Assembly: GCA_963848815.1 (NCBI GenBank)
Contig: CAWKFY010000019.1
Span: 13,286-77,285, forward strand
Origin: an uncultured Chloroflexia bacterium
GTDB taxonomy: Bacteria; Chloroflexota; Dehalococcoidia; GIF9; UBA5629
DNA: 64,000 nucleotides
Reading direction: 5' to 3'
A program made the position numbers and the translations under genes. A model generated the notes under the pieces. It was not told the origin of the DNA, searched no databases, and saw only the letters and a list, made by a program, of their open reading frames with translations. Positions within the stretch are counted from its first letter, which is position 1; each line of letters opens with the position of its first letter. Below, in pieces: positions 10,612 through 20,083 of the stretch.

Positions 10612-11511
10612 ATGAAAGGCATTCGGCGGGTCAATATAGCGTTTAAGAGCAAGCCGACACTTGAAGGAGCGGGAGTCCATCTAAGACGGGCCTTCGGCTT
10701 CGATTATACTAATTTACTCGATCCTTTCCTGCTGTTGGACGATTTTCACTCGGACAATCCGCGGGACTACATCAGGGGTTTTCCCTGGCATCCGCACAGG
10801 GGTATTGAGACGATCACCTATATGCTGAACGGCAGGGTGGAGCACGGCGACAGTATGGGGAATTCAGGCGTCATCAGCCCCGGCGACGTCCAATGGATGA
10901 CCGCTGGAAGCGGCATCATCCACCAGGAAATGCCCAAGGGGCAAGATAACGGGCTGATGTGGGGCTTTCAGCTCTGGGCCAATCTGCCGGCTTCGCATAA
11001 AATGATGCCTCCACGCTACCGAGGGATCACGGCGGAACAGATACCCGAGGTCACCTCTTCCGGCGCCAGGGTGAAGGTCATCTGCGGAAAGGTTGGCAAT
11101 ACCACCGGTCCCGTAAGGGATATAGTCACCAATCCCGAGTATCTCGATGTGACAGTTCCGCCCGGGTCCGATTTCAAGCGGTCTATTACCGGAACGCATA
11201 CCGCATTCGCCTATGTCATAGGCGGCGCCGGATATTTCGATGACCGTCGGGACCCCTATCATTATGAGGTGGTAAACGAGAGGTATTTCGATTTTGAAGG
11301 GGATGCTACCTTCGGACCCGAATTCCTGCTGGTATTTGGAGATGGTGACGAAGTGAACATCAGCGCCGCGGATGAACCGGTAAGGTTCCTGCTGATCTCC
11401 GGCAAGCCCTTGCGCGAGCCGGTGGCCTGGTACGGTCCCATCGTGATGAGTACCGAGGAAGAATTAAGGATAGCCTTCGAAGAATACCGGAAGGGGACGT
11501 TTATCAAGTAA
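10612..11511 (+). CDS. Pirin family protein (cupin; quercetin 2,3-dioxygenase-like)
   Basis: HPHRGIETITYMLNG...QEMP motifs. Strong SD (GAGGGGTGGAG) precedes the ATG at 10612. Confidence 0.9.
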   Translation: MKGIRRVNIAFKSKPTLEGAGVHLRRAFGFDYTNLLDPFLLLDDFHSDNPRDYIRGFPWHPHRGIETITYMLNGRVEHGDSMGNSGVISPGDVQWMTAGSGIIHQEMPKGQDNGLMWGFQLWANLPASHKMMPPRYRGITAEQIPEVTSSGARVKVICGKVGNTTGPVRDIVTNPEYLDVTVPPGSDFKRSITGTHTAFAYVIGGAGYFDDRRDPYHYEVVNERYFDFEGDATFGPEFLLVFGDGDEVNISAADEPVRFLLISGKPLREPVAWYGPIVMSTEEELRIAFEEYRKGTFIK

Positions 11512-11527
11512 CCAGCTTGAGCGGGCG

Positions 11528-12052
11528 TCATTGGCGCCCGGGGGGCCAGCGCTTGATGATGCCTTCTTTATTGACCCTGACATATTCGCAGCTCGGCGAA
11601 GCACCGCACTTGCGGCAGGCCTTATCGTAGGCTGAGTTTAGTGTCCCGCATTGCGGACACGAAAAGTGCTCGACCATCTCCTCGTACCACTGCTCCCAGC
11701 CAACCTCTTTGATACGGTCCTGCGCCTTCCATAGTTCCAGCCTGTGCGGGAGGATGGACTGGAAGGCCTTCAGTTCATCGCAGGGATATTGGCTGCATGG
11801 CCCGCAGAAGTCCAGCCCCTTATCCGAAGCGCATTGAATGAGTTTACACGAACTGCAATAGAAGTTTCTGCGTTCTGCGCGGCAGCCGTCGCATTTCAGA
11901 GATTCCACCGGCTGGTTAAAAGCTCCTGCCATGACCTCCAGCCTGCGGGGGTCTTCATGTGTGCCTATAAACAGCGAGCAAGACGGGCAAAAGAGCCCGC
12001 ACACTGCGGCCTCCCGTTTGTCCGGTTTTCGACGTTTGTTTGGTTCCTTCAC
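11528..12052 (-). CDS. DUF3795-like cysteine-rich protein
   Basis: CGLFCPSCSLF...CDGC...CSSC...CGPCSQYPC...CPQCG; last gene of a Cys-rich operon. Confidence 0.55.
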   Translation of the reverse strand: MKEPNKRRKPDKREAAVCGLFCPSCSLFIGTHEDPRRLEVMAGAFNQPVESLKCDGCRAERRNFYCSSCKLIQCASDKGLDFCGPCSQYPCDELKAFQSILPHRLELWKAQDRIKEVGWEQWYEEMVEHFSCPQCGTLNSAYDKACRKCGASPSCEYVRVNKEGIIKRWPPGRQ

Positions 12053-12090
12053 TGTGCCTGCGAGTATTATAGCCTATATACCCGGCCAAT

Positions 12091-12876
12091 TCAGTTTTTG
12101 ACTTCACCCCGGATGCCGATGATCGTCTCTTTGAAGGGGATATCCTTGCCGCTGGCCAGAATGGCCTGCATGGCCATACGTGTCAGCCCTGAGCAGCAGG
12201 GGACCTCCATGCGGAGCACATTCAAGCTCCTAATATCCGATTGCCGCAGTATTTCCGTCAGCTTTGCTAGGTGCGCTTCGTAGTCGTCCAGCTTGGGGCA
12301 GGCTACCAGCAGGGCGTGTCCCTGTAAAAAGTCGGTATGGAAGCCTCCCAGTGAGAAGGCAGTGCAGTCGGCCGCAAGCAATACATTGGCTCCCTGAAGA
12401 AAAGGCGCTTTGGGCGGCACCAGTGTAAGCTGAACGGGCCAGTGCCCCAGGGCCGAAGGCTGGCCCATTTTGGTAGCCGGCTCGGCACCGGCGGCCCTCT
12501 CTTTAAACTCCGAGACGTTCGATGAAGAGCAGCCGCAGGGCAGGGTGTCCTTCTTCTCGAACTCTTGCACCCTGGCCGACGGGCAGCCGCAGGCCGGCTC
12601 AGAACTCAGGGCAGGCTTTTTCTCCAGGTGCTGTTGGACGGCCTTTTCATCGAAAGCCTCTGCTTCCCGTTCCTCGATGCTGATGGCCCCCTGCGGGCAT
12701 TCCGACAGGCAGGCGCCCAGGCTGTCGCAGTACCTCTCCGATACCAGCCTGGCTTTTCCGTCAATAATCTGCAGCGCCCCTTCAGCGCAGGAAGGTATGC
12801 ATATGCCGCAGCCGTTGCATTTGGCCTCGTCGATTTTGACTATCTTCCTCTTGATTTTAGTTGCTGTGTTTTCCAT
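12091..12876 (-). CDS. 4Fe-4S dicluster domain protein with an additional Cys-rich central and C-terminal region
   Basis: CNGCGICIPSCAEGA and CDSLGACLSECPQGA ferredoxin motifs, then CGCPS / CGCSS / CCSG. Confidence 0.75.
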   Translation of the reverse strand: MENTATKIKRKIVKIDEAKCNGCGICIPSCAEGALQIIDGKARLVSERYCDSLGACLSECPQGAISIEEREAEAFDEKAVQQHLEKKPALSSEPACGCPSARVQEFEKKDTLPCGCSSSNVSEFKERAAGAEPATKMGQPSALGHWPVQLTLVPPKAPFLQGANVLLAADCTAFSLGGFHTDFLQGHALLVACPKLDDYEAHLAKLTEILRQSDIRSLNVLRMEVPCCSGLTRMAMQAILASGKDIPFKETIIGIRGEVKN

Positions 12877-13126
12877 TTCTTTCCTCCCGGAGCTTGCTTC
12901 GCTGTTGCTTCAACTTTTGATACATCTCCGTGCCCAGGCATTGCTCGGCATACCCGCAGTACTCGGCGCAGGAGTTGATGTTATTGAAGACGGCCAGGCC
13001 GCAGCCCGGGCAGTCCACCTTCATATCGGTGGAGAAAAGCTCCACCTCGGCCCCGCACTGAGGGCACTTCTTTAGTGTGACGGTTGGAGTACCCTGGGCT
13101 ATATTGCCCGGACAGCGGAAAATCAT
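12857..13126 (-). CDS. Small zinc-ribbon / Cys-rich protein (CPQCG...CPGCG...C-x3-C-x5-C)
   Basis: 89 aa. Overlaps the start of the downstream Fe-S gene by 20 nt, which suggests translational coupling. Confidence 0.5.
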   Translation of the reverse strand: MIFRCPGNIAQGTPTVTLKKCPQCGAEVELFSTDMKVDCPGCGLAVFNNINSCAEYCGYAEQCLGTEMYQKLKQQRSKLREERNGKHSN

Positions 13127-13223
13127 CTCATTTGCTCCTTTATATGAAGTAATTATAGCTGTAGATATGAGGAGATTGTATGATTTGCGTCATATTGGGA
13201 TGCGATATCGCGGCGAGAGCGAA

Positions 13224-14006
13224 TTATTGACGGGATGGGCCTTCGCTGACAGCACGAAGGCTATTTTTGTCGAGTACTGTTATCCTGCCGCGTGCGGACT
13301 TGATCACGCAACTCTCTTTGAGACGGGCCATGACGCGGATGGTGGTCTCGATGGTGGTGCCGGCCATGTCCGCGATCTCCTGTCGAGTGAAGGGCAAGTC
13401 GGGGCCGAATTTAGATGAAAGCATGAGCAGTATGCCCGCTATGCGCTGCTCCACGCGCTCTCCCGCCAGGTCGCGCAGGCGTGCCAGGGCGTCACGCAGC
13501 CTGCCGCCCAGCATGTTGATGATCTTGAGCGCCACCTGCGGATTTCCGGCTAAGAACCGGGCGAAACCTTCTTTATTAACAGCCAGGACACTGGCAGGTT
13601 CGGTGGCTTGCGCAGAAGCCGGGTAGGGCTTGTCCTCGAAGGCCGCCACCTCGCCGAATACATCGCCCGGCCCGAAAAAGGCCACCACAAACTCCCTGCC
13701 GGAGGGAGCCATCTTGGAGACTTTTATACGCCCTTTGTCCAGGATAAAAAAATTATCGGGGCTGTCGCCTTCCCAGAAGACATATTCGCCGGGCTTGAAG
13801 TTTTTTTCCGATGCGATCCCAGCCAGCTTGGCTAACTCGCCTTCAACCAGTCCCGAGAAAATCGGGGCCGACTTCAGTATCTTGATTTTTGATGTTTTAT
13901 CCAGCCCACCGCCCCCTGTATTACTCCCCGAATCTGCGCAATAGCGTGTAAAGGGCGTCCGCGCCGAACTCGAGCGCCGATACTGGCACACGCTCATCGG
14001 CGGCAT
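13224..14006 (-). CDS. Crp/Fnr family transcriptional regulator
   Basis: cNMP-binding beta-roll (GEYVFWEGDSPDNFFILDKGRIKV) plus C-terminal HTH (TRQEIADMAGTTIETTIRVMARLKE). The true start is probably downstream of 14006, because the listed ORF overlaps the upstream peptidase by 86 nt. Confidence 0.8.
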   Translation of the reverse strand: MPPMSVCQYRRSSSARTPFTRYCADSGSNTGGGGLDKTSKIKILKSAPIFSGLVEGELAKLAGIASEKNFKPGEYVFWEGDSPDNFFILDKGRIKVSKMAPSGREFVVAFFGPGDVFGEVAAFEDKPYPASAQATEPASVLAVNKEGFARFLAGNPQVALKIINMLGGRLRDALARLRDLAGERVEQRIAGILLMLSSKFGPDLPFTRQEIADMAGTTIETTIRVMARLKESCVIKSARGRITVLDKNSLRAVSEGPSRQ

Positions 14007-15255
14007 GGAATAGCCCTTCGAAATTAAGCTCCGGCGGCAGGTTGAGCGGCGTGAAGCCGTAGGTCTGGATGCCCAGCCTGGAGAATATGCGGGCGTCTGT
14101 CACTGCCGGGAAGAGCATCGGTGTGGGTGTGCTGCCGGGATCGGCCTCGCGCAGGATGGTAGCCAGAGTCTCATACAAGCCCATGTCCGGCTCGGGCGGC
14201 CCCGGATTAAATACGATAGTCTCGTAATCGACATCCTTCCCTGCCAGCGCCTTCAATTCGGACACCAGCTCGTCGGGCGTGAAGCCGGGCAGCAGCCGGC
14301 AGTCCAGCGTTATGCAGACCTGGCTGGGGACCATATTGTAGTTTTCTCCGGCATGTATGGCCGTGATAACGGCCGTATTATGCAAAATGGGGTCGAACAT
14401 GCGGACCATCGGCCCCAGCGTATCAAGAATGGAGCTCGTCAGCGAGGGGACAAGCAACTGCATGACGGTCTGTTTGAGGGGAGAAGGCAGACCCTCCGCG
14501 GTCATGCGCACCTGCTCCTTGGCGACCGGCGTGATGTGGACGGGCAGGCGGTGCTCGAGGCTTTGAAGATAGCGGGCCACCCTGGCCATGATGCCTCCGC
14601 GGGCCGGCCACGCCCCGTGTCCTCCCTTTCCCCGGATATAAGCCACCAGTCCGCAGCCCTGTTTCTCAGCAACCATGATAGGATAAAAACGACGCTTGCC
14701 GATGTAGCTGGTGTAGCCTCCGAACTCGCCTATGGCATACCTGACATCCTGAAAGAGCTGGGGATGGTTATTGACCAGGAAATCGGCGCCCATAGCGCTG
14801 GTATTTTCTTCGTCGCTGAGCATAGCCAGTATCACGTCGCCGGGCGGCATCGGGCCTTCCAGCTTAGCCTTCATAATGACTGAAAGCATCATTGCGATGG
14901 CCCCCTTCATATCCAGGGCGCCTCTGCCCCAGATGTAGCCGTCCATCTCCTGGCCTAGGAAAGGGTTCACCCTCCATTGCTGGTTGGCCGTGGTGACGAC
15001 GTCGACGTGGCCGTAGAGCAAGAGCGGTGGTGCGGCGCCCATACCCTGCAGCCTGGCTATGAGGTTGGGGCGCGAGGGGTCGGAGGCCACTACCTGGTTG
15101 GGTACTCCCGACCAGTCCAACAGGCTTTTAATAAAGTTGATGCAGCCTGCCTCGTTGCCGGGCGGGTTCGTCGTATTGTACTGGATCAGGTGTTTAAGTA
15201 TCTCAGCAGGTTGGTTGTAGATCGGGTCCCGGGCGTCTCCGGATGGACTGTTCAT
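13921..15255 (-). CDS. M20 family metallopeptidase (ArgE/DapE/dipeptidase-like)
   Basis: GHVDVV metal-binding motif. Start assigned to the ATG at 15255, preceded by GGAGGC. Confidence 0.85.
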   Translation of the reverse strand: MNSPSGDARDPIYNQPAEILKHLIQYNTTNPPGNEAGCINFIKSLLDWSGVPNQVVASDPSRPNLIARLQGMGAAPPLLLYGHVDVVTTANQQWRVNPFLGQEMDGYIWGRGALDMKGAIAMMLSVIMKAKLEGPMPPGDVILAMLSDEENTSAMGADFLVNNHPQLFQDVRYAIGEFGGYTSYIGKRRFYPIMVAEKQGCGLVAYIRGKGGHGAWPARGGIMARVARYLQSLEHRLPVHITPVAKEQVRMTAEGLPSPLKQTVMQLLVPSLTSSILDTLGPMVRMFDPILHNTAVITAIHAGENYNMVPSQVCITLDCRLLPGFTPDELVSELKALAGKDVDYETIVFNPGPPEPDMGLYETLATILREADPGSTPTPMLFPAVTDARIFSRLGIQTYGFTPLNLPPELNFEGLFHAADERVPVSALEFGADALYTLLRRFGE

Positions 15256-15373
15256 AGGGAAGCCTCCGTGAAAGTCACAACACTCCACACCAGGTGGTGG
15301 CAATTTTCAACATTTTAGACGATGGTCAACGGACTGTCCAGAAACTTACCCGCAGTGCTAATGAAGCACGATG

Positions 15374-15583
15374 CTATTTCTTTTTAAGTGTATTAAATTT
15401 CAGGAGTGTGTACAGGTGGCAGTATCCGATTATGCCCGTGACCAGTGCAGCTAAGCCCAGAACAACCAGGATAATGGCAGCTACCCAACCCCACGAGTTG
15501 AAGAAATATACCCCCAGGCCGATTAATACAACGCCTAAGATGATACGTATGAACCGGTCAACAATGCCTTCGTTCTTTTTCAT
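15374..15583 (-). CDS. DUF2892 (YgaP-like) small membrane protein
   Basis: MKKNEGIVDRFIRIILGVVLIGLGVYFF; AGGAGG SD before the ATG at 15583. Confidence 0.6.
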   Translation of the reverse strand: MKKNEGIVDRFIRIILGVVLIGLGVYFFNSWGWVAAIILVVLGLAALVTGIIGYCHLYTLLKFNTLKKK

Positions 15584-15711
15584 GCCGCCTCCTACTGAAA
15601 CATTGTAAATATCGTGTGGCGGCCGGTCAATAACTGCCGATGATTTGACCGGGTATGTCCGGCCCCCTATAATAATGGGCATATGCCCAAAATAAATCGA
15701 ACAGTACTGAA

Positions 15712-16134
15712 ATGACAAGGCCGAGAAAATGCTGCCGGGTGGCTTTGCTGCCGGGTACCAGTTATTTTAAGCCCGCCGGAATACCTTTAAGGTTTCTGGA
15801 GGAGGTCTGCCTCACCATTGAAGAGATGGAGGCGGTACGCCTGAGGGATATACAGGATCTTGAGCAGGCGCAGTGTGCCCGGCAGATGAATATATCACGC
15901 ACCACCTTTCAAAGGGTTCTGGAGTCAGCCAGGAAAAAGATCGCAGATGCTCTGGTCGGCGGCAAGGCGATTAAAATCGAGGGGGGCCACTTCGAGATGG
16001 CCTGCCCGCGAACGCAGGCGCAGGAGGCTGGCATGCCCGGTGACTTTCAGGGATGCCGCTTGGCGAAACGTGTGAAAGCTTCCGGAGAGAAAGATGGCGC
16101 GTCATGCAGCTCTCAGGATCAGGACAAAAAGTAA
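15712..16134 (+). CDS. DUF134 (UPF0251) predicted DNA-binding protein
   Basis: The N-terminus MTRPRKCCRV and the sigma-70 region-4-like HTH are characteristic of this family. Confidence 0.75.
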   Translation: MTRPRKCCRVALLPGTSYFKPAGIPLRFLEEVCLTIEEMEAVRLRDIQDLEQAQCARQMNISRTTFQRVLESARKKIADALVGGKAIKIEGGHFEMACPRTQAQEAGMPGDFQGCRLAKRVKASGEKDGASCSSQDQDKK

Positions 16135-16182
16135 CAACGGCATTTGCCGAAGGAAATATTGATTAAAACGGAGGTAACTAAA

Positions 16183-16587
16183 ATGAAAATAGCAGTTGTA
16201 ACGGATGATGAAGTAAACATCAGCCAACATTTCGGACGGGCGTCGCTTTATATGGTCTTTACCGTAGAAGGCGACAAGATAACCGCTAAGGAGAAAAGGC
16301 CGAAGATGGGCCACAGCCATTTTGCCGCTGGAGATCAGCACGGGGGCCATGGGGGTCACGGAGCGCCTCATGGCTTCGATGCCGCATCGCAGGGCCGGCA
16401 TGCCAGCATGGCTGAGGCGATCGCCGATTGCCAGGTGTTGATAGCCGGGGGTATGGGTATGGGGGCCTTCGAGAGCATGAAGAGCTATAATATCGAACCT
16501 GTCGTCACCGATAAAATAAATATCGACGAAGCTGTTAAGCTCTATGTCGAAGGCAAACTGCCCAACTTAATGAACAGGCTGCATTAG
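16183..16587 (+). CDS. NifX/NifB-type dinitrogenase FeMo-cofactor-binding domain protein (PF02579-like) with a His-rich insert
   Basis: MKIAVVTDDEVNISQHFGRASLYMVF...ADCQVLIAGGMGMGA. GGAGGT SD precedes the ATG at 16183. Unusual HGGHGGHGAPHG stretch. Confidence 0.8.
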   Translation: MKIAVVTDDEVNISQHFGRASLYMVFTVEGDKITAKEKRPKMGHSHFAAGDQHGGHGGHGAPHGFDAASQGRHASMAEAIADCQVLIAGGMGMGAFESMKSYNIEPVVTDKINIDEAVKLYVEGKLPNLMNRLH

Positions 16588-16621
16588 AGCTGTCGGCTGG
16601 GTTGTCGTCCAGGTCCGTGAG

Positions 16622-17461
16622 GTGGATATGGAAATTCGAATTAGCACGCTCAGCGAGAATACGGCGGGATACGGATTCCTAGGCGAGTGGGGCCTGAGTA
16701 TACTCGTCGAAGCGGATGGGAAGCGCATCCTTCTGGATACGGGACCGGGCGCCTCGGCGGTCTATAATGCGGACCGGTTGGGTGTCGATCTTTCCAAGAT
16801 CGATGCCATAGTTCTCAGCCATGGCCATATGGACCACACCGGGGGCCTCGTCAACATCCTCGATAGATGCGGCGGCTGCGAGGTGATTGCGCAGCCGTCC
16901 ATCTGGGTTACAAGATATACGGAGCGCACTCCGGGGGAAATCCATGAGATAAGCATGCCGTTCTCGCGGGCGGAACTTGAAAAGCACGGAGCCAGGTTCA
17001 ATTTAGATAGAAAGCCTGTCAGGCTTACTGAGCGTATCATGACCACCGGCGAAATTGAGAGGACAAGTCCCTTTGAAGTTGTTGAGGAGAACCTGTATGT
17101 CAAGGAATCCGGTGGTTTACAGCAGGATAATGTTGCCGACGACATGGCGCTTGTAATCGATGTTGAATACGGGCTCGTCGTCATACTGGGGTGCGCGCAT
17201 AGCGGACTAATAAACACGCTACGGCATGCACAGAAATTGACGGGCAAAGAAAAGGTGTATGCCGTGATCGGAGGTACACACCTCGTGCGGGCCTCTGATG
17301 AACGGATAGAGCAGACCATTGCCGAGCTGAATCACTTGCAGATTGAAAGGTTGGGAGTTTCCCACTGCACGGGCTTTGCCGCTTCGGCACGCATGTCACA
17401 GGAATTCGCAGGCTCTTTTTTCCTTAATAACGCCGGCACACGTTTTACGCTTCCCGTCTAG
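16622..17461 (+). CDS. MBL-fold metallo-hydrolase
   Basis: LSHGHMDHTGGL motif; 279 aa. Confidence 0.8.
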   Translation: MDMEIRISTLSENTAGYGFLGEWGLSILVEADGKRILLDTGPGASAVYNADRLGVDLSKIDAIVLSHGHMDHTGGLVNILDRCGGCEVIAQPSIWVTRYTERTPGEIHEISMPFSRAELEKHGARFNLDRKPVRLTERIMTTGEIERTSPFEVVEENLYVKESGGLQQDNVADDMALVIDVEYGLVVILGCAHSGLINTLRHAQKLTGKEKVYAVIGGTHLVRASDERIEQTIAELNHLQIERLGVSHCTGFAASARMSQEFAGSFFLNNAGTRFTLPV

Positions 17462-17478
17462 CGACAGGTGATACTCTG

Positions 17479-17751
17479 ATGATTAAGATCGTATTGAAGC
17501 CCGACCTCGACCACTGTATACAAACGCTGGCCAAGAAGGAGTATGAAAAGATATCGGGCCGTTTATTGTCGGGTGAAATGGCAGATACCCGGTTGCAAAA
17601 GAAGCTTGAAATGCTGGCGATAATGTTGAAAGAGCTTGATTTTGCAGAGCTCCGCAGGCAATCGGAGTTGTATCTGGCGCAGGGCAAAAAGGTGACCTTT
17701 GTTTTTTATATGAAAAGCGGGTTACCCGGTTACGAGATGCATATCGGTTAA
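17479..17751 (+). CDS. Hypothetical protein (90 aa)
   Basis: AGGTGA SD before the ATG. A 13-bp-stem hairpin (AAGCGGGTTACCC...GGGTAACCCGCTT) plus T5 overlaps the stop and acts as a terminator. Confidence 0.4.
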   Translation: MIKIVLKPDLDHCIQTLAKKEYEKISGRLLSGEMADTRLQKKLEMLAIMLKELDFAELRRQSELYLAQGKKVTFVFYMKSGLPGYEMHIG

Positions 17752-17781
17752 GGGTAACCCGCTTTTTATCGGTACTATCGC

Positions 17782-18123
17782 TTACACGGCCAGGCTTTTG
17801 GTCAATTCACCTTCCAGCAGCTTCTTGGGCAGGGCGCCGACTTTGCGGTCGGCCAGCTTGCCGTCTTTGAAGATGAGCAGCGTAGGAATGGCTTGGATGA
17901 GGTATTTTTCCGCTATCTCCCGGTTTTCATCGGTATTGAGTTTGCCGAAGGTGATCTTGCCTTTGTAATCCGTAGCAAGCTCCTCGATGACGGGCGACAT
18001 CATACGGCAGGGGCCGCACCAGGGCGCCCAGCAGTCGACTACCAGGGCGGGATTAGTTTTGACTGTATCGTCAAAGTTCTTTTCGGTTACTTCGAGTACC
18101 AGTCCGTTCTCTTTTTCCATCAT
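17782..18123 (-). CDS. trxA: Thioredoxin
   Basis: WAPWCGPCRM active-site motif; 113 aa. Confidence 0.9.
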   Translation of the reverse strand: MMEKENGLVLEVTEKNFDDTVKTNPALVVDCWAPWCGPCRMMSPVIEELATDYKGKITFGKLNTDENREIAEKYLIQAIPTLLIFKDGKLADRKVGALPKKLLEGELTKSLAV

Positions 18124-18186
18124 TTTCCTCCAATTAATTGCAAATTAAATAGATTATACGCCGGAGGGAAGCGGGGAGAAGTGATT

Positions 18187-18540
18187 TTAGTCACCCGGAG
18201 GAGGGAAAAGGCGGTCGATCTCGGCGGCCAGCAGCGCCGCCAGCCTATCTTCGTTCATAGAGGTGCCGGAAAGACTTTCACCGGCTATGATTATGTGCTG
18301 CCGGGCGGACCCCCAGATATCCTCCTTATCAACACAGGCGCGGCAGGCAGCCGCAAAGGACTATGAGAAGGTCCAGTCCGGCTGTATCAGCGGAGAAAAA
18401 CTGGATGTCGCTGCGGCTGGAAACATGGCGCTTCACCTGCCCGGCCAATGCCGACAGGTCGATTTCGGGATTGCATGACCCGCAGAATTTCAGCGCTATT
18501 TTAATCTTACGCCTGCCTTGCAGGACTTCTTCAGCAGACG
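18187..18540 (-). CDS. Small Cys-rich protein (CGSC...CGC...CRAC motifs), frameshifted near 18330; start uncertain
   Basis: ORF 18329..18598 (KIKIALKFCGSCNPEID...LIVLCGC) continues after a shift of reading frame as AAACRACVDKEDIWGSARQHIIIAGESLSG...IDRLFPPPGD and stops at 18187. It lies between abfD and trxA on the same strand. Confidence 0.4.
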
Positions 18541-19992
18541 AAGAAGGGCTGGTCGCCGATCTTGGCCAGCTTCTCGGCCAGTTTCTTCTTGCGCTCAAGG
18601 CTGCCGCGCCTTTCGATCATGATCTTCTGCGCCTGAGGTGAGCCGGCGCCGTGCATGGATTCGGCCAGTGCGGTGCCGCAGGTCATGGCGTCGATCAGGC
18701 GGATGAGGCGGATGCTGCGTCTCGGCCGGCACGCGGCGACACCTTTCATATATTTATCCACCCATTTGCCGGTGGTCGGGATCATGCAGGTCGAACTCGA
18801 GGGCATGGTGGCCAGCAGTCCGCCGGTTATATCGTGCGCCAGGCGGGCTATCTCATAGACGTTGCGCGTGACGTTGAGCTTGGTGATATTGGCCAGAAGG
18901 GGGTCGGCCTGGTAGCAGCCGGCCGGCTGCTGGAAGCCCTGGCAGGAGCAGGCGATGGAGCAGCAGTAGATGGTCTCGGCCAGGTGTATCATCTCGGCCA
19001 GCTTGTCCTTGACGTGTGAGGCTTTGCTGGTGCCCTGCGCCTGGGCGAGGGCGTAAACGGCCCCGACCAGCACATCGGCCAGGCCGCCCTTGCAGCCTCC
19101 GTAGTTCTGCCTGTGGAAGGTGGCGAACCTCTCAACCAGCTCTCCGGCGAAGTCGTACTCGCCGCACATGAATACGTACTCATTGGGAACGAAGACCTTG
19201 TCGAAGACGATCAGGGCTTCGCCGCCCACGCAGCCGTACTCGGCATTGCCCTGGTCCATGGAGCATTCACATTTGCGCGTATCGTTGGATTGCCGGCCGA
19301 AGATGTGCAGCAGCGCCGGGGGCATCGATAGGAACGTAGAAGATTACGGCATAGTCCTTATCCTCCGCGCGCATGGCCGCGGTGGGCATGACCAGGTGGC
19401 CATGCGAGTTGACCGCGCCGGTGATATGCGCCTTGGCGCCGCTGACCACGATGCCGTCCTTCTTCTTCTCAACGAGATGGACGTAGAGGTCGGGGTCTTT
19501 CTGCTGGCTGGGAGAGAGGCTGCGGTCACCCTTGGGGTCGGTCATGGCGCCGGAGGGCATGAGGTCCTTGCCCTGGATCATTTTCACGAAGTTCTTGAAG
19601 CGCTCGTGGTAGTTGGTGCCGTATTTCTTATCGATATCATAGGTGATGGAGTAGGTGGCGTTCATGCCGTCGAAGCCCACGCACCTCTGGAAGCAGCTTC
19701 CCGTCTGCTGGCCGATGGCGCGCAGCATCTTGACCTTCTTGATAAGGTCGTCGTGGTTCTGGTGGATATGGGTGAAGCGGTTGATCTTCTCACCGGTTAG
19801 GTGAGACCTGGCGGAGCATAGTTCCTCGAACTCGGGCGCCAGCGCCATATCATATGTAAGCGCCGCGGCGTTAATATGCGGTATAAACGCCGGGTGCTCG
19901 GTAATATTTTCGACTTTCTCGCCCATGTAGTAGATCACGGGTTTCAATTTTTTGAGGCTTTCCCTGTATTGCTTGCCGGTCATCTGCGCCAT
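18531..19992 (-). CDS. abfD: 4-hydroxybutyryl-CoA dehydratase / vinylacetyl-CoA delta-isomerase (AbfD); frameshift near 19300
   Basis: Pieces are 19267..19992 (N-terminal) and 18531..19325 (C-terminal). Strong end-to-end similarity to Clostridium aminobutyricum AbfD, including KKVKM...TGSCFQRCVG, YGTNYH, GAMTDPKGDR and HRQNYGGCK. Confidence 0.85.
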
Positions 19993-20083
19993 GAGAGATA
20001 CCTCCGAAATTAATTTTATATTAATAAGATGGTATCGGGTATTTCAAGAATGTAATTATACATCATGCAGTTGATAAATGGGA

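Noticed and set aside
12470-13075. 201-aa and 137-aa plus-strand ORFs
   Set aside because: They overlap the 4Fe-4S and zinc-ribbon genes on the opposite strand and have low-complexity Ala/Arg/Ser composition. No SD was identified.
13127-13223. Possible Crp/Fnr operator upstream of the Cys-rich operon
   Set aside because: Only a short GCGATATCGC palindrome is present. It does not match the TTGCGC-N4-GCGCAA motif or any TTG-N8-CAA geometry, so no site is claimed.
19120-19800. 226-aa plus-strand ORF
   Set aside because: Antisense to abfD, whose homology is unambiguous.
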